This document shows positions 20,148 to 28,428 of a stretch of 64,000 bases of DNA, piece by piece. Position 1 is the first letter of the stretch. Each line of letters begins with the position of its first letter. Position numbers and translations under genes: made by a program. The stretch is from positions 320,001 to 384,000 of the forward strand of contig CAVYIM010000003.1 in assembly GCA_963768655.1 (NCBI GenBank), written 5' to 3'. The notes beneath the pieces were generated by a model that saw only the letters and a program-made list of their open reading frames with translations, did no database searches and was not told the DNA's origin. Source of the stretch: an uncultured Chloroflexia bacterium. GTDB lineage: Bacteria; Chloroflexota; Limnocylindria; Limnocylindrales; CSP1-4.

Positions 20148-20301
20148 AGGCGTGTTGGACGCAAGGGACGTGGCGCCATGTGGGCGCGGCGCCTGCGCGC
20201 GGCCGGATCCACGCTCGTCGGCGTGCGCCCCCGACTCCATGTGAGGCCCGCGATGGGGCCCGCGCCGGGCGGCACGGGCCCGACCCGCGTCCAGCACGCC
20301 T
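20148..20301. mobile_element. Putative 154-bp MITE-like element
   Basis: 15-bp terminal inverted repeats aggcgtgttggacgc / gcgtccagcacgcct (1 mismatch), flanked by 'acc' on both sides. Confidence 0.4.
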
Positions 20302-20383
20302 ACCAGGCGTAGCTGACGAATAGCCGCCCGCCTCGCCCCGGAACGAAATCGGCGCCGCGCGCGGCCTCGGCTATAGTCGCGGC

Positions 20384-21466
20384 GTGAACCTGCCGTTCGT
20401 GCCGCCGATCGAGCCGATGCTGGCGAAGCTCGCCGACGAGATCCCCACCGGTGCCGGCTGGCAGTACGAGCCCAAGTGGGACGGTTTCCGGGCGCTCGTC
20501 TTCCGCGACGGCGACGACGTCTTCATCCAGAGCCGCGACCTGCGGCCGCTCGATCGTTACTTCCCCGAGCTGCCGCCCGCGCTGCGGGCCAATCTGCCGG
20601 AGCGGTGCGTGCTCGATGGCGAGGTAGTCATCGCCGGATCAAACGGTCTCGACTTCGACTCGTTGCTGCTGCGCATCCACCCGGCCGAATCTCGCGTGAA
20701 GCTGCTCGCGGCGCAGACCCCCGCCAGCTACGTGGCCTGGGATCTCCTCGCCTTCGACGACCGCGACCTGCGCGCCGCTCCTCAGGGCGAGCGCCGCGCG
20801 CTGCTCGAGGTGGCGCTGCGCGAAGTCGCGCCGCCGATCCACCTGACGCCCGCCACCCGCGATCCCGATCGTGCCGCCGATTGGTTCAACCGCTTCGAGG
20901 GCGCGGGGCTGGACGGGGTCGTGGCCAAGCGGCTGACGGACGTCTATCAGCCGGGGAAGCGGGGCTGGACCAAGATCAAGCACGCCCGAACGGCGGACTG
21001 CGTCGTTGCCGGATTCCGCTGGCACAAGAACGGGCCCGGGACCATGGTCGGGTCGCTGCTGCTGGGCCTATTCGACGACACCGGGCGGCTGAACCACGTC
21101 GGCATCACCGCCAGCTTCACGACGGAGAAGCGAGTCGCCCTGGTGGCCGAGCTCGCGCCGCTGCGCGAGAACGCCCTCGACGGGCATCCCTGGGCCGAAT
21201 GGGCCGAATGGGAGGCCGCCGCCCGCGAGTCCGGCCAGCGCCTGCCAGGTGCCGTGAGCCGCTGGAACCGCGACCGCGACCTGACCTGGGAGCCGCTCCG
21301 GGCCGAGCGAGTCTGCGAGGTGGGGTACGACCACCTGCAGGGAGATCGCTTCCGCCACGCCACGACGTTCCTGCGCTGGCGCCCCGACAAGCGTCCCTCG
21401 GACTGCCGCTACGACCAGCTGGAGTCGACTGCACCCTTCGAGCTCGGGGAGATCTTCGGGCGATAG
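20384..21466 (+). CDS. ligC: ATP-dependent DNA ligase, LigC type
   Basis: EPMLAK, YEPKWDGFR, LDGEVV, AWDLL, LDGVVAK, WTKIK, GSLLLGL, RFRH...RWRPDK. Confidence 0.92.
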   Translation: MNLPFVPPIEPMLAKLADEIPTGAGWQYEPKWDGFRALVFRDGDDVFIQSRDLRPLDRYFPELPPALRANLPERCVLDGEVVIAGSNGLDFDSLLLRIHPAESRVKLLAAQTPASYVAWDLLAFDDRDLRAAPQGERRALLEVALREVAPPIHLTPATRDPDRAADWFNRFEGAGLDGVVAKRLTDVYQPGKRGWTKIKHARTADCVVAGFRWHKNGPGTMVGSLLLGLFDDTGRLNHVGITASFTTEKRVALVAELAPLRENALDGHPWAEWAEWEAAARESGQRLPGAVSRWNRDRDLTWEPLRAERVCEVGYDHLQGDRFRHATTFLRWRPDKRPSDCRYDQLESTAPFELGEIFGR

Positions 21467-21819
21467 CCAGCGGGAGGACGGGCGAGCGGTCCGGCAGGCT
21501 CACGCGGCCAGCCCGAACTGCCCACCGCGGGGTGAGTCGGGCCCTGTCCTTTCCCAATTCCCACCACAATGACCTTCGGCAAAGCCGAGGCTGGCGAGTC
21601 GGCCGAGATCGGCCCCCGGACTCTGAGATCGGGCGTCAATAGGGCCCGTAAGCTCGGAACGAAACCGCGAGAGATTCGTCGTGGCGAGATTCCGGAGCCA
21701 GCAGGGTCGGCGTCGCAAGCCATGGGCTCCGCCGGCCCACCTCCTTGCTCAATGCCCACGTGGCGGGAATTCGGAAACTTCCCTTGCCCGGGCTGCGCCG
21801 CCTCCATCAGGCCAGCGGA

Positions 21820-23172
21820 TCAGCGGACGGCCGACCACGGGTCGTAGTCGACCTCGAGGGGTTCCTGCGGCGGCCGCTCCGAGGCGGGCACGTGCTCGAG
21901 GTTGACGCGGATGCGGTACCACAGAGTGAAGCGGCCGCGCATCGAGTCGACCAGCAGGTCGGCCGGCTCCAGGTGTGCGACGGCGCCGGCGTGGCGGGAC
22001 TTCCAGCGCTCGAAGGCAGCCAGGGCTTCCTCCTTGGTGGCCGCGCGGGCGATCTCGATCAACGGTTTGGTGGAGGCGCGGCGGCCGGTGGGCGAAGGCC
22101 GACGGTCGCTCGGAGCGGTGACATGGGCCGAACCGTCGCTGCCGGCCGCTTCGGCGGCCGCGCCGTCGGTGTGCGCTCGTGCCCGCGACGGCATGACCCG
22201 CGGCGGCTCGCCCGGCGCCTTGGCGTAGTGGGGCGGCCACGGCGCGTCGCCCAGGCCCGCCTTCGCCTGCCGGGCGGACAGCTCCAGCAAAGCTTCCAGC
22301 GAACCCATCGCTTCATCGATCCCGGCCGCCGGGTCGCCGATCCGGGCGAATCGCGCGGGCACCGTGGCGATCGTGAAATCGCCCAGCTCGCATTCGGGTA
22401 GTTCCTCCCACGTCACCGGCGCCGAGACGCGGGCGTCGGGAACCGGCCGGACCGAGTAGGCGGATGCGACCGTTCGGTCCTTGGCGTTCTGGTTGTAGTC
22501 GATGAAGACGCCGTGGCGCTCTTCCTTCCACCACTTGCTGGTCGCGATCTGCGGGGCGCGCCGCTCAACCTCCCGCGCCAGGGCGAGCGCCGCCCGCCGG
22601 ACCTCGTCGAATGACCAGCGTCGCTCGATCCGAACGTTGACGTGGATGCCACGCGAGCCCGAAGTCTTGGGCCAGCCGACCAGGCCGAGGTCTGCCAGCG
22701 CGTCACGCGTGACAAGTGCCACGCGCCGGATATCGTCCCAGGGGACGCCGGGGACGGGGTCGAGATCGACCCGCAGCTCGTCCGGATGGTCCAGGTCGTC
22801 GACGCGGACGGCATGCGGGTTGAGGTCCAGGCAACCGAGGTTGGCCACCCAGGCCAGGCCGGCCGCCTCGTCGATGACGATCTCGTCGGCGGTTCGACCG
22901 GAGGGGAACGTCAGCTCGACCGTGCGGATCCATTCGGGCCGGGATTCGGGCGCGCGCTTCTGGAAGAAGAATTCGCCTTCGGCCCCGTTGACGTAGCGCT
23001 TGAGCGCCATCGGGCGGCCGCCCGCGCCCCTCAGCGCTCCATCGGCGACCGCGATGTAGTAGGCGACGAGATCGCGTTTCGTGTAGCCGGGTCCGGCGAA
23101 GAACACCTTGTCCGGATTGCTGATCGCGACCTGCCTGCCGGAAACCGTGACGATCTCGCTGTGCGCTGGCAT
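21820..23172 (-). CDS. LigD-family primase-polymerase (Prim-PolC-like) with C-terminal extension
   Basis: SNPDKVFF, FFQKRAP, ELRVDLDP, KTSGSRGIH, FIDYNQN, ASAYSVRP. Confidence 0.9.
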   Translation of the reverse strand: MPAHSEIVTVSGRQVAISNPDKVFFAGPGYTKRDLVAYYIAVADGALRGAGGRPMALKRYVNGAEGEFFFQKRAPESRPEWIRTVELTFPSGRTADEIVIDEAAGLAWVANLGCLDLNPHAVRVDDLDHPDELRVDLDPVPGVPWDDIRRVALVTRDALADLGLVGWPKTSGSRGIHVNVRIERRWSFDEVRRAALALAREVERRAPQIATSKWWKEERHGVFIDYNQNAKDRTVASAYSVRPVPDARVSAPVTWEELPECELGDFTIATVPARFARIGDPAAGIDEAMGSLEALLELSARQAKAGLGDAPWPPHYAKAPGEPPRVMPSRARAHTDGAAAEAAGSDGSAHVTAPSDRRPSPTGRRASTKPLIEIARAATKEEALAAFERWKSRHAGAVAHLEPADLLVDSMRGRFTLWYRIRVNLEHVPASERPPQEPLEVDYDPWSAVR

Positions 23173-23201
23173 GGCCGAACGATAGCGCCTCGAACGCGAT
23201 A

Positions 23202-23738
23202 TCAGTCGTAGGGCCGGCTACGCTCCAGGAGCTCGGCCAGCGTCTCGAGCTCGGGCGCAGTGAACGACTCGAGGAAGTACCGGCGGACTGCCGCCAGGTG
23301 CCCGGGCGTCGCCTCGGCCAGCCGGCTCGCGCCTGCGGCCGTCAGGACCGCGAAGTAGCCACGTGCGTCCGAGGCGCACCTGACGCGGCCGACCAGGCCG
23401 TCGGCGGTCAGCCTGTCGATGAGGCGAGTGATCCCGGCTCGGCTCAGAAGAACTCGATCCGCCAGCTCGTTCATGCGCAAGCGTCGCCCATCGGCCATTG
23501 CCAGCTGGAACAGGACGTCGTACTCGGCCAGCGGTAGGGCGCTGTTGACGAGGAGGTCCGCCTCGAGACAACGTGCCACGACGGCATGCCGGGTCAGGAA
23601 CGCCCGCCAGGCGCGTGACTCAACGGGCTCGAGAGCCGCGGCGAGCATGGTCTCGGGGGTGTCCACGACGCCCGGTGTCTGTGGCGGGCCGGCGACCTCT
23701 GAGCCGGCGACTTCCGGGCCGGCGGCGTGCTGCTCCAT
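23202..23738 (-). CDS. MarR-family transcriptional regulator
   Basis: EYDVLFQL, LRMNELADRVLLSRAGITRLIDRL, SDARG...LTAAG; GAAGGAG SD. Confidence 0.9.
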   Translation of the reverse strand: MEQHAAGPEVAGSEVAGPPQTPGVVDTPETMLAAALEPVESRAWRAFLTRHAVVARCLEADLLVNSALPLAEYDVLFQLAMADGRRLRMNELADRVLLSRAGITRLIDRLTADGLVGRVRCASDARGYFAVLTAAGASRLAEATPGHLAAVRRYFLESFTAPELETLAELLERSRPYD

Positions 23739-23767
23739 GACAGCTCCTTCGTATTCCCCCCTTGCAA

Positions 23768-23815
23768 ATCGTTGCGTGCTCAATTACTATAGCACTTAGT
23801 TGCTTAGTGAACGAT
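23768..23815. promoter_or_regulatory. AT-rich divergent marR/yceI control region with two imperfect GTTG-N-AA boxes (candidate MarR operators)
   Basis: atcgttgcgtgctcaatta and tagttgcttagtgaacgat flanking a TATAGT -10 box on the minus strand. Confidence 0.45.
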
Positions 23816-23858
23816 CCGAGTTGGGTCCACGAGAGCACGAAGCGTCAGGAGACACGAG

Positions 23859-24419
23859 ATGAGTAACTGGGACCTGGACCCAGCCCATTCGCAGATCGAG
23901 TTTGCCGTCAAGCACATGATGGTTTCGACGGTTCGCGGCCAGTTCCGCAAGTTCGCCGTGGCGGTGGACTTCGACGAAGCCAACCCGGAGCGCTCGACAG
24001 TCGAGGCGCATATTGACGCATCGAGCATCGATACGGGCATGGAGGCTCGCGATGCGCACCTCCGGAGCGCGGATTTCTTCGACGCAGCGGCGTATCCGGA
24101 ACTCGTGTTCCGCAGTACGCACATCGAGCGTGACGGCGATGGCTATCGGATCGACGGAGACCTGACGATCCGCGGCGAGACGCGGCCGGTGACCCTGCAA
24201 GCTGAGATCGGCGGCGTGGTGCCGAACATGCAGGGTGGGCGTCGAGCGGGCTTCTCCGCTTCGACGAAGATCAGCCGCAAGGATTGGGGGCTCACCTGGA
24301 ATGGCGTCCTCGAGAGCGGCGGTGTTCTCGTCAGCGACGACGTCAAGATCTCGATCGAAGTTGCTGCCGTGCAGGCCGAAGCCGCGGCCTCGAGGGTCGG
24401 CGCCGCCAGTGCGGCCTGA
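23859..24419 (+). CDS. yceI: YceI-family polyisoprenoid-binding protein
   Basis: WDLDPAHSQIEFAVKHMMVSTVRGQF, RDAHLRSADFFD, GDLTIRG, ISRKDWGLTWN. Confidence 0.92.
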   Translation: MSNWDLDPAHSQIEFAVKHMMVSTVRGQFRKFAVAVDFDEANPERSTVEAHIDASSIDTGMEARDAHLRSADFFDAAAYPELVFRSTHIERDGDGYRIDGDLTIRGETRPVTLQAEIGGVVPNMQGGRRAGFSASTKISRKDWGLTWNGVLESGGVLVSDDVKISIEVAAVQAEAAASRVGAASAA

Positions 24420-24447
24420 CCCTCGCCGAGGGTTCCTCGCCAAAGAG

Positions 24448-24477
24448 AACGGCCGCCGGGAAGACCCGGCGGCCGTT
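24448..24477. terminator. Hairpin between the convergent yceI and AIM24 genes
   Basis: aacggccgccggg-aaga-cccggcggccgtt, perfect 13-bp stem. Confidence 0.7.
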
Positions 24478-24499
24478 TCCACGTGGCGGCAGTGGCGAC

Positions 24500-25207
24500 T
24501 CAGTCCTCCGTCGGCATGTGGAGGTACATGCTCTGGATGCCGATCCGACCCGGGCCGGTGAAGCGGTTGAAGATCAGGTTGCCCGATCCGCTCAGGATTC
24601 CCATCCGCAGACCGACCATCTTGATCTCCATGGCCACGGTCGGATCCTTGTAGACCCAACCGCCCGGCTCGACGTCGAAGGTCTCGCCCGGTCCGAGGAC
24701 GCGCTCGAAGACGTTGCCGTAGCCGTGGAGCCAGACGGTCCCCCCGCCCTGGCCGCCGGTGAAGGTGTCGATGAAGAACCCCGTGCCGCCGAACAGCATG
24801 TTCCCGACGCCGCGCAGTCGGCGGTAGCTGTAGTCGACGTTCGCGGTCGCGGCCAGGAACTGGTGCTCGCGCACCTCGAGCGACTGGCCCGGGGCCAGAA
24901 TCAGATGGAAGACGTGGCCCACTCCGTCCCGGCTGAAGGCGATCTGGCCGGCTCCCTTCGCCTCGGTCATGAAGATCGGCATGCCGGCGATCACACGCTT
25001 GAAGGTGCCCTTCATGGCGTGGATCCCGATGTCCAGGCTGGGCGTCTTCCAGAGCAGGATGTGGTGCTCGAAGTAGACCGGCATCGTGCCGTCGAGCTCC
25101 AACGTCAGCATCGGCACCAGCTCGCCGTCCGTGCGGAATTGGACGCCCGGGCCCTGCCCCTCGTCCACCGAGGTCGGGAGCAGCTTCGGGATGTAGTCCG
25201 TATGCAT
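24500..25207 (-). CDS. AIM24-family protein
   Basis: GELVPML, FMTEAKGAGQIAF, GGTGFFIDTF, FNRFTGPGRIGIQSM; AGGAGG SD. Confidence 0.85.
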   Translation of the reverse strand: MHTDYIPKLLPTSVDEGQGPGVQFRTDGELVPMLTLELDGTMPVYFEHHILLWKTPSLDIGIHAMKGTFKRVIAGMPIFMTEAKGAGQIAFSRDGVGHVFHLILAPGQSLEVREHQFLAATANVDYSYRRLRGVGNMLFGGTGFFIDTFTGGQGGGTVWLHGYGNVFERVLGPGETFDVEPGGWVYKDPTVAMEIKMVGLRMGILSGSGNLIFNRFTGPGRIGIQSMYLHMPTED

Positions 25208-25239
25208 CGCGTCCTCCTGATGGCCGCTCACGAGACGTC

Positions 25240-25274
25240 GCGGCCCCTCCACTTTAGGGCAGTGGAGGGGCCGC
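25240..25274. promoter_or_regulatory. Strong hairpin in the AIM24 upstream region
   Basis: gcggcccctccact-ttagggc-agtggaggggccgc, 14-bp stem. Confidence 0.45.
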
Positions 25275-25439
25275 GCGCGCCCATGTTTGCGAGGCCGACT
25301 GCGGCGGGCGTCGCTGGGGTGGGGCCGCCGAGCTAATGTCGATGATCCCCGCCGGATGCTCGGCCGCCTCACGGCGGGTCGGGCGAGGCTACGGCGGATA
25401 AGATTGCTTCCAGATTGCGCCATTGTTGAGGAGGTCCAC

Positions 25440-25916
25440 ATGGAGACGAAGACGCCGGCTGGCAGTGCGGTCGTCCGCCAGTCGCGGTTCAACCGTTTCA
25501 TGGCCCGCTGGCTGGCTTCACCGTTCGGCGTCCTGTCGGGCCGCGTCGTGCTCGTCCGCTACACCGGCCGGACCTCCGGGCTCCGACGCCAGCTCCCCGT
25601 CAATTGCGAACCGTTCGAGAATGGCTATCTGATCCGCGTCGGGCGGCCGGAGCAGAAGCGCTGGTGGCGCAACTTCAGCACGCCGTGGCCGGTCGAGCTG
25701 GTGCGGAAGGGCCGCCGGATCCGTGGCTCGGCCGTCGCGGTTCCCGGAACCACCGGCAGCGGTCAGCGCATCGCGGCGGGCTACTTCGCCACTCACCACG
25801 GCGCTGCGAAGCGGGCCGGCCTGCCGAAGATGCACAAGGGCGAGCTGCCGACGCCGGAAGCGCTACAGGCCGCGGCCGCGACGCTGACCTTCGTCGTCGT
25901 GACGCCCGAGCGCTAG
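25440..25916 (+). CDS. Split-barrel deazaflavin-dependent nitroreductase-like (DUF385-like) protein
   Basis: LVRYTGRTSG...PV, WWRNF, V.L...G motifs; GAGGAGG SD. Confidence 0.6.
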   Translation: METKTPAGSAVVRQSRFNRFMARWLASPFGVLSGRVVLVRYTGRTSGLRRQLPVNCEPFENGYLIRVGRPEQKRWWRNFSTPWPVELVRKGRRIRGSAVAVPGTTGSGQRIAAGYFATHHGAAKRAGLPKMHKGELPTPEALQAAAATLTFVVVTPER

Positions 25917-25980
25917 GGACGATCGCCGGCAACGGCCCGGCGCTCCTCGTATAGGCGAGCCCAATGACGGCGATCCGTCG

Positions 25981-25989
25981 TGATACCAT
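25981..25989 (+). promoter_or_regulatory. Extended -10 promoter (TGnTACCAT) upstream of the tRNA locus
   Basis: tgataccat 9 nt upstream of the tRNA 5' fragment. Confidence 0.55.
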
Positions 25990-25998
25990 CCCGCTCGC

Positions 25999-26035
25999 GC
26001 CGACATAGCTCAGCGGTAGAGCAGTTGTCTCGTAA
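25999..26035 (+). pseudogene. 5' half of a tRNA-Thr(CGT), truncated after the anticodon loop
   Basis: gccgaca-ta-gctcagcggtagagc-a-gttgt-ctcgtaa; acceptor 5' strand, D arm and anticodon loop present, no T arm. Confidence 0.8.
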
Positions 26036-26053
26036 GCTGCCGCCGCGCTTCTA

Positions 26054-26128
26054 GCCGCCTTAGCTCAGTGGTAGAGCAGTGGTTTCGTAAACCACAGGTC
26101 CAGGGTTCGAATCCCTGAGGCGGCTCCA
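26054..26128 (+). tRNA. tRNA-Thr(CGT)
   Basis: Cloverleaf: gccgcct/aggcggc acceptor stem, D arm, gtggt-ttcgtaa-accac anticodon arm, caggg-ttcgaat-ccctg T arm, encoded CCA. Confidence 0.97.
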
Positions 26129-26247
26129 CTCCTCTCGTTGATCGAAACCTCGCGGTTGGTCGTGGCTTTCGACGCTCACGGTTTCGCGCGCAGAACGGCC
26201 GCAGAAGTCATCGGGAAGTCGGCCTGCGTCGAGCCATCCACGCCGTG

Positions 26248-26907
26248 CTAGCGCACCGGTTTGGCCGAGTCGAGCGGCTCGCCTCGCTCGAGACGCCGGA
26301 GCTCCTCGGCGGTTAGAAAGTGGCGACGACAGGCCATCACGGCGCCCCGCGTGAAGAGGATCGTGCCGAGGCGCTGGACCCAGGCATCGAGGATGGGGTC
26401 CTCGTACCGATACTGGTCCATGGAGAAACTGATGATGCCCTGGGCCCACCGAGCGGCATACTCCTCCGGCGACAGACCCTTGTCGAACTCGCGTCTCATG
26501 ACTTTCTCGCGGAACGGATCGGCGAGGGGTCGGCTGTCCGGGTCGGGCGTTCTGGCCTCCGCCAGCAGGGCCTCGAGTTCGTCCCAATCCACTCGGTGCG
26601 GCATCTGTCCTGGTATCAGCCAGGTCGGGAGTGGCGTCGTCTTGGGGATCGGCAGCCCAACAAGGGCCCGAGCCGTCCATATCGGGATCTCGAAGGTCTC
26701 GCCCTTCTGATCTCCGTCGAGGACCAGGAGCTTCGCAGTTCGCCAACGGTAGCCGAGCGGGCCGAAACGGCGTCGCGCTAGCCCTCTGAAGCCGACGATG
26801 AGGAGTGCCGTGCCGTCGGCCAGCGCGATCTTCGGGCCAACCCATGGAAGCTTCCAGCGAGGGTGGCGCACGATGACGGTCGCCCCAAGGTCCGGATACC
26901 AGCTCAT
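26248..26907 (-). CDS. Hypothetical protein (island cargo)
   Basis: 219-aa ORF with ATG start and globular composition; no recognised motif. Confidence 0.55.
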   Translation of the reverse strand: MSWYPDLGATVIVRHPRWKLPWVGPKIALADGTALLIVGFRGLARRRFGPLGYRWRTAKLLVLDGDQKGETFEIPIWTARALVGLPIPKTTPLPTWLIPGQMPHRVDWDELEALLAEARTPDPDSRPLADPFREKVMRREFDKGLSPEEYAARWAQGIISFSMDQYRYEDPILDAWVQRLGTILFTRGAVMACRRHFLTAEELRRLERGEPLDSAKPVR

Positions 26908-27162
26908 GCCGGCAGTCTGTCATGAGCTTCGTGACACGGCAACGACCAAGGGCTCTCGCGGGAACCAACAACGCGTCCAGGGGTGGTGCGACAGCCGTAA
27001 GCCCCTCCGGAGGCGTTACCTCTCCAGCCGTCTCAGGCTGCTAGCCCCAGGTAGCATCATTCGTGGAGAGCCAACCGCGTCAATTCGCATTTAGACCCCC
27101 CGCATAGACCCCCCAACAACAAACCCCCCACGCTCAGCTCACGCTCAACTGGGTCTGACCGA

Positions 27163-27214
27163 CAGTGGTTTCGTAAACCACAGGTCCAGGGTTCGAATCC
27201 CTGAGGCGGCTCCA
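27163..27214 (+). repeat. attR: duplicated 3' 52 bp of tRNA-Thr
   Basis: cagtggtttcgtaaaccacaggtccagggttcgaatccctgaggcggctcca. Confidence 0.95.
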
Positions 27215-27270
27215 TCCCTTCCCTGCGATCGTCCTCTGCGACACCCGGCTGCGCCCGCAGTCGAGGAGGC

Positions 27271-27990
27271 CTATAGAGCTGGCTCCTCATTCGGATGGCG
27301 AAGCGCCCGGATGACGTAGGCGACGGCGGTATCGAAGTCGTCGGGCAGGCATTCGGCGCGGTCCAAGAGATGGGTCAATCGGGGCGACGGCTCGACGAAC
27401 CAGGCGAACACGCGAGCCGGTTCCCACGCGCCGCGAAGGCCGTTGCAGGTGTCGCGTCCCCAGGCTGCCGACGTCCATTCGGTCACCGCCCATGTCCCGG
27501 CGCCGGGGTGGACGATGGCGACCATCGCGTCGCTTCGGGCGATGTCGGCGAGAATCCAGTCGTATCCCGCGAACGCGGGATGGTCGCATACGGCGAACCC
27601 GGCGGCCCGGAGCGCCCTTGCCCAGTCTGCGTCGCGAGCGCGTTCTCGCGTGATCGCAATCGCTCCCGCCCAGGAGATGAAGACCACGGTCGTCGCTCCG
27701 CCCTCGCGGCGTGCGTCCGAGATTGGGGGACCGGCGAGATCGACCGGCCGAGGCTCGTTCGGCTCCGGGCCGCCGTAGAGCCGCATGGCGGTGGCCTTGG
27801 CCATCTCTGGATCGTCGCCAACGAGCGCGGCCTCGTCGTCGGCGTTGATGAGCCCTGCCTTGCGCGCCCTGCTCGCGAGAATCCTCAGATCGCGCTCAAG
27901 TGAGACGATTCGATCGCGTATCCCCAAGACTTGCCGGTCTCGATCTCCCTCTGGCGCGACTGCAGGAAGCTCTTCAAATCCCTCAGCCAC
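27271..27990 (-). CDS. TIR-like domain protein (start uncertain)
   Basis: VFISWA...D..WARALRAAGFAV...ILADIARSDAMVAIVHP...WAVTEW follows the TIR pattern, including a putative catalytic Glu. Confidence 0.6.
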   Translation of the reverse strand: MAEGFEELPAVAPEGDRDRQVLGIRDRIVSLERDLRILASRARKAGLINADDEAALVGDDPEMAKATAMRLYGGPEPNEPRPVDLAGPPISDARREGGATTVVFISWAGAIAITRERARDADWARALRAAGFAVCDHPAFAGYDWILADIARSDAMVAIVHPGAGTWAVTEWTSAAWGRDTCNGLRGAWEPARVFAWFVEPSPRLTHLLDRAECLPDDFDTAVAYVIRALRHPNEEPAL

Positions 27991-28428
27991 CCGTGGAAGA
28001 CCCCGGCGAACTCACGCGTGCTTTTGAACTCGTGCTTGAGATACCTGGCCCGACGTGCCCTGTCAGCTTCGCCGCTGGCTGGCCTGAACGAGCCATCAGT
28101 CTTGCGACCCAGCCGGGCTCTCAACCAATGGAGCGTAGCGTCGAGGAACACGCCGGGATCATCCGCCGCCGCGACGGCCTCCGCAAGGCGCGAGTGGATC
28201 CTGCCGGCGGCACCACACTGCGGCTCGGCGGCTCGGCCGACCGACCAGTACCGACCCGGGGGCTTGCCTCTCGGAGGGCATCGCCGCCACGACGACCACG
28301 CAATGTACTATCCCGCCTCGCGACGGCGCGGCGTATGCGACCGGGAAGCAGCTCGGCGGCAGATCGGCGCCGCCCGCGCATACTGTAGAGGCGTCCGATT
28401 GCTCGTCAGCAAGAGGTGGACCGTGGCA

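Larger units (their letters stand above)
26077..27214. mobile_element. Integrase-less mini genomic island/remnant bounded by a 52-bp attL/attR direct repeat
   Basis: 26077..26128 is identical to 27163..27214 (tRNA 3' portion). Confidence 0.85.

Noticed and set aside
21500-21718. Minus-strand ORF ending ...GQFGLAA-stop, resembling a tmRNA tag
   Set aside because: No tRNA-like 5' end, T-arm/CCA 3' end or resume-codon context is visible.
26798-27094. Plus-strand ORF near attR as an integrase remnant
   Set aside because: No recognisable HxxR or catalytic Tyr motif of tyrosine recombinases.
27163-27214. Second complete tRNA-Thr gene
   Set aside because: It lacks the acceptor 5' strand and D arm; it is the att duplication.
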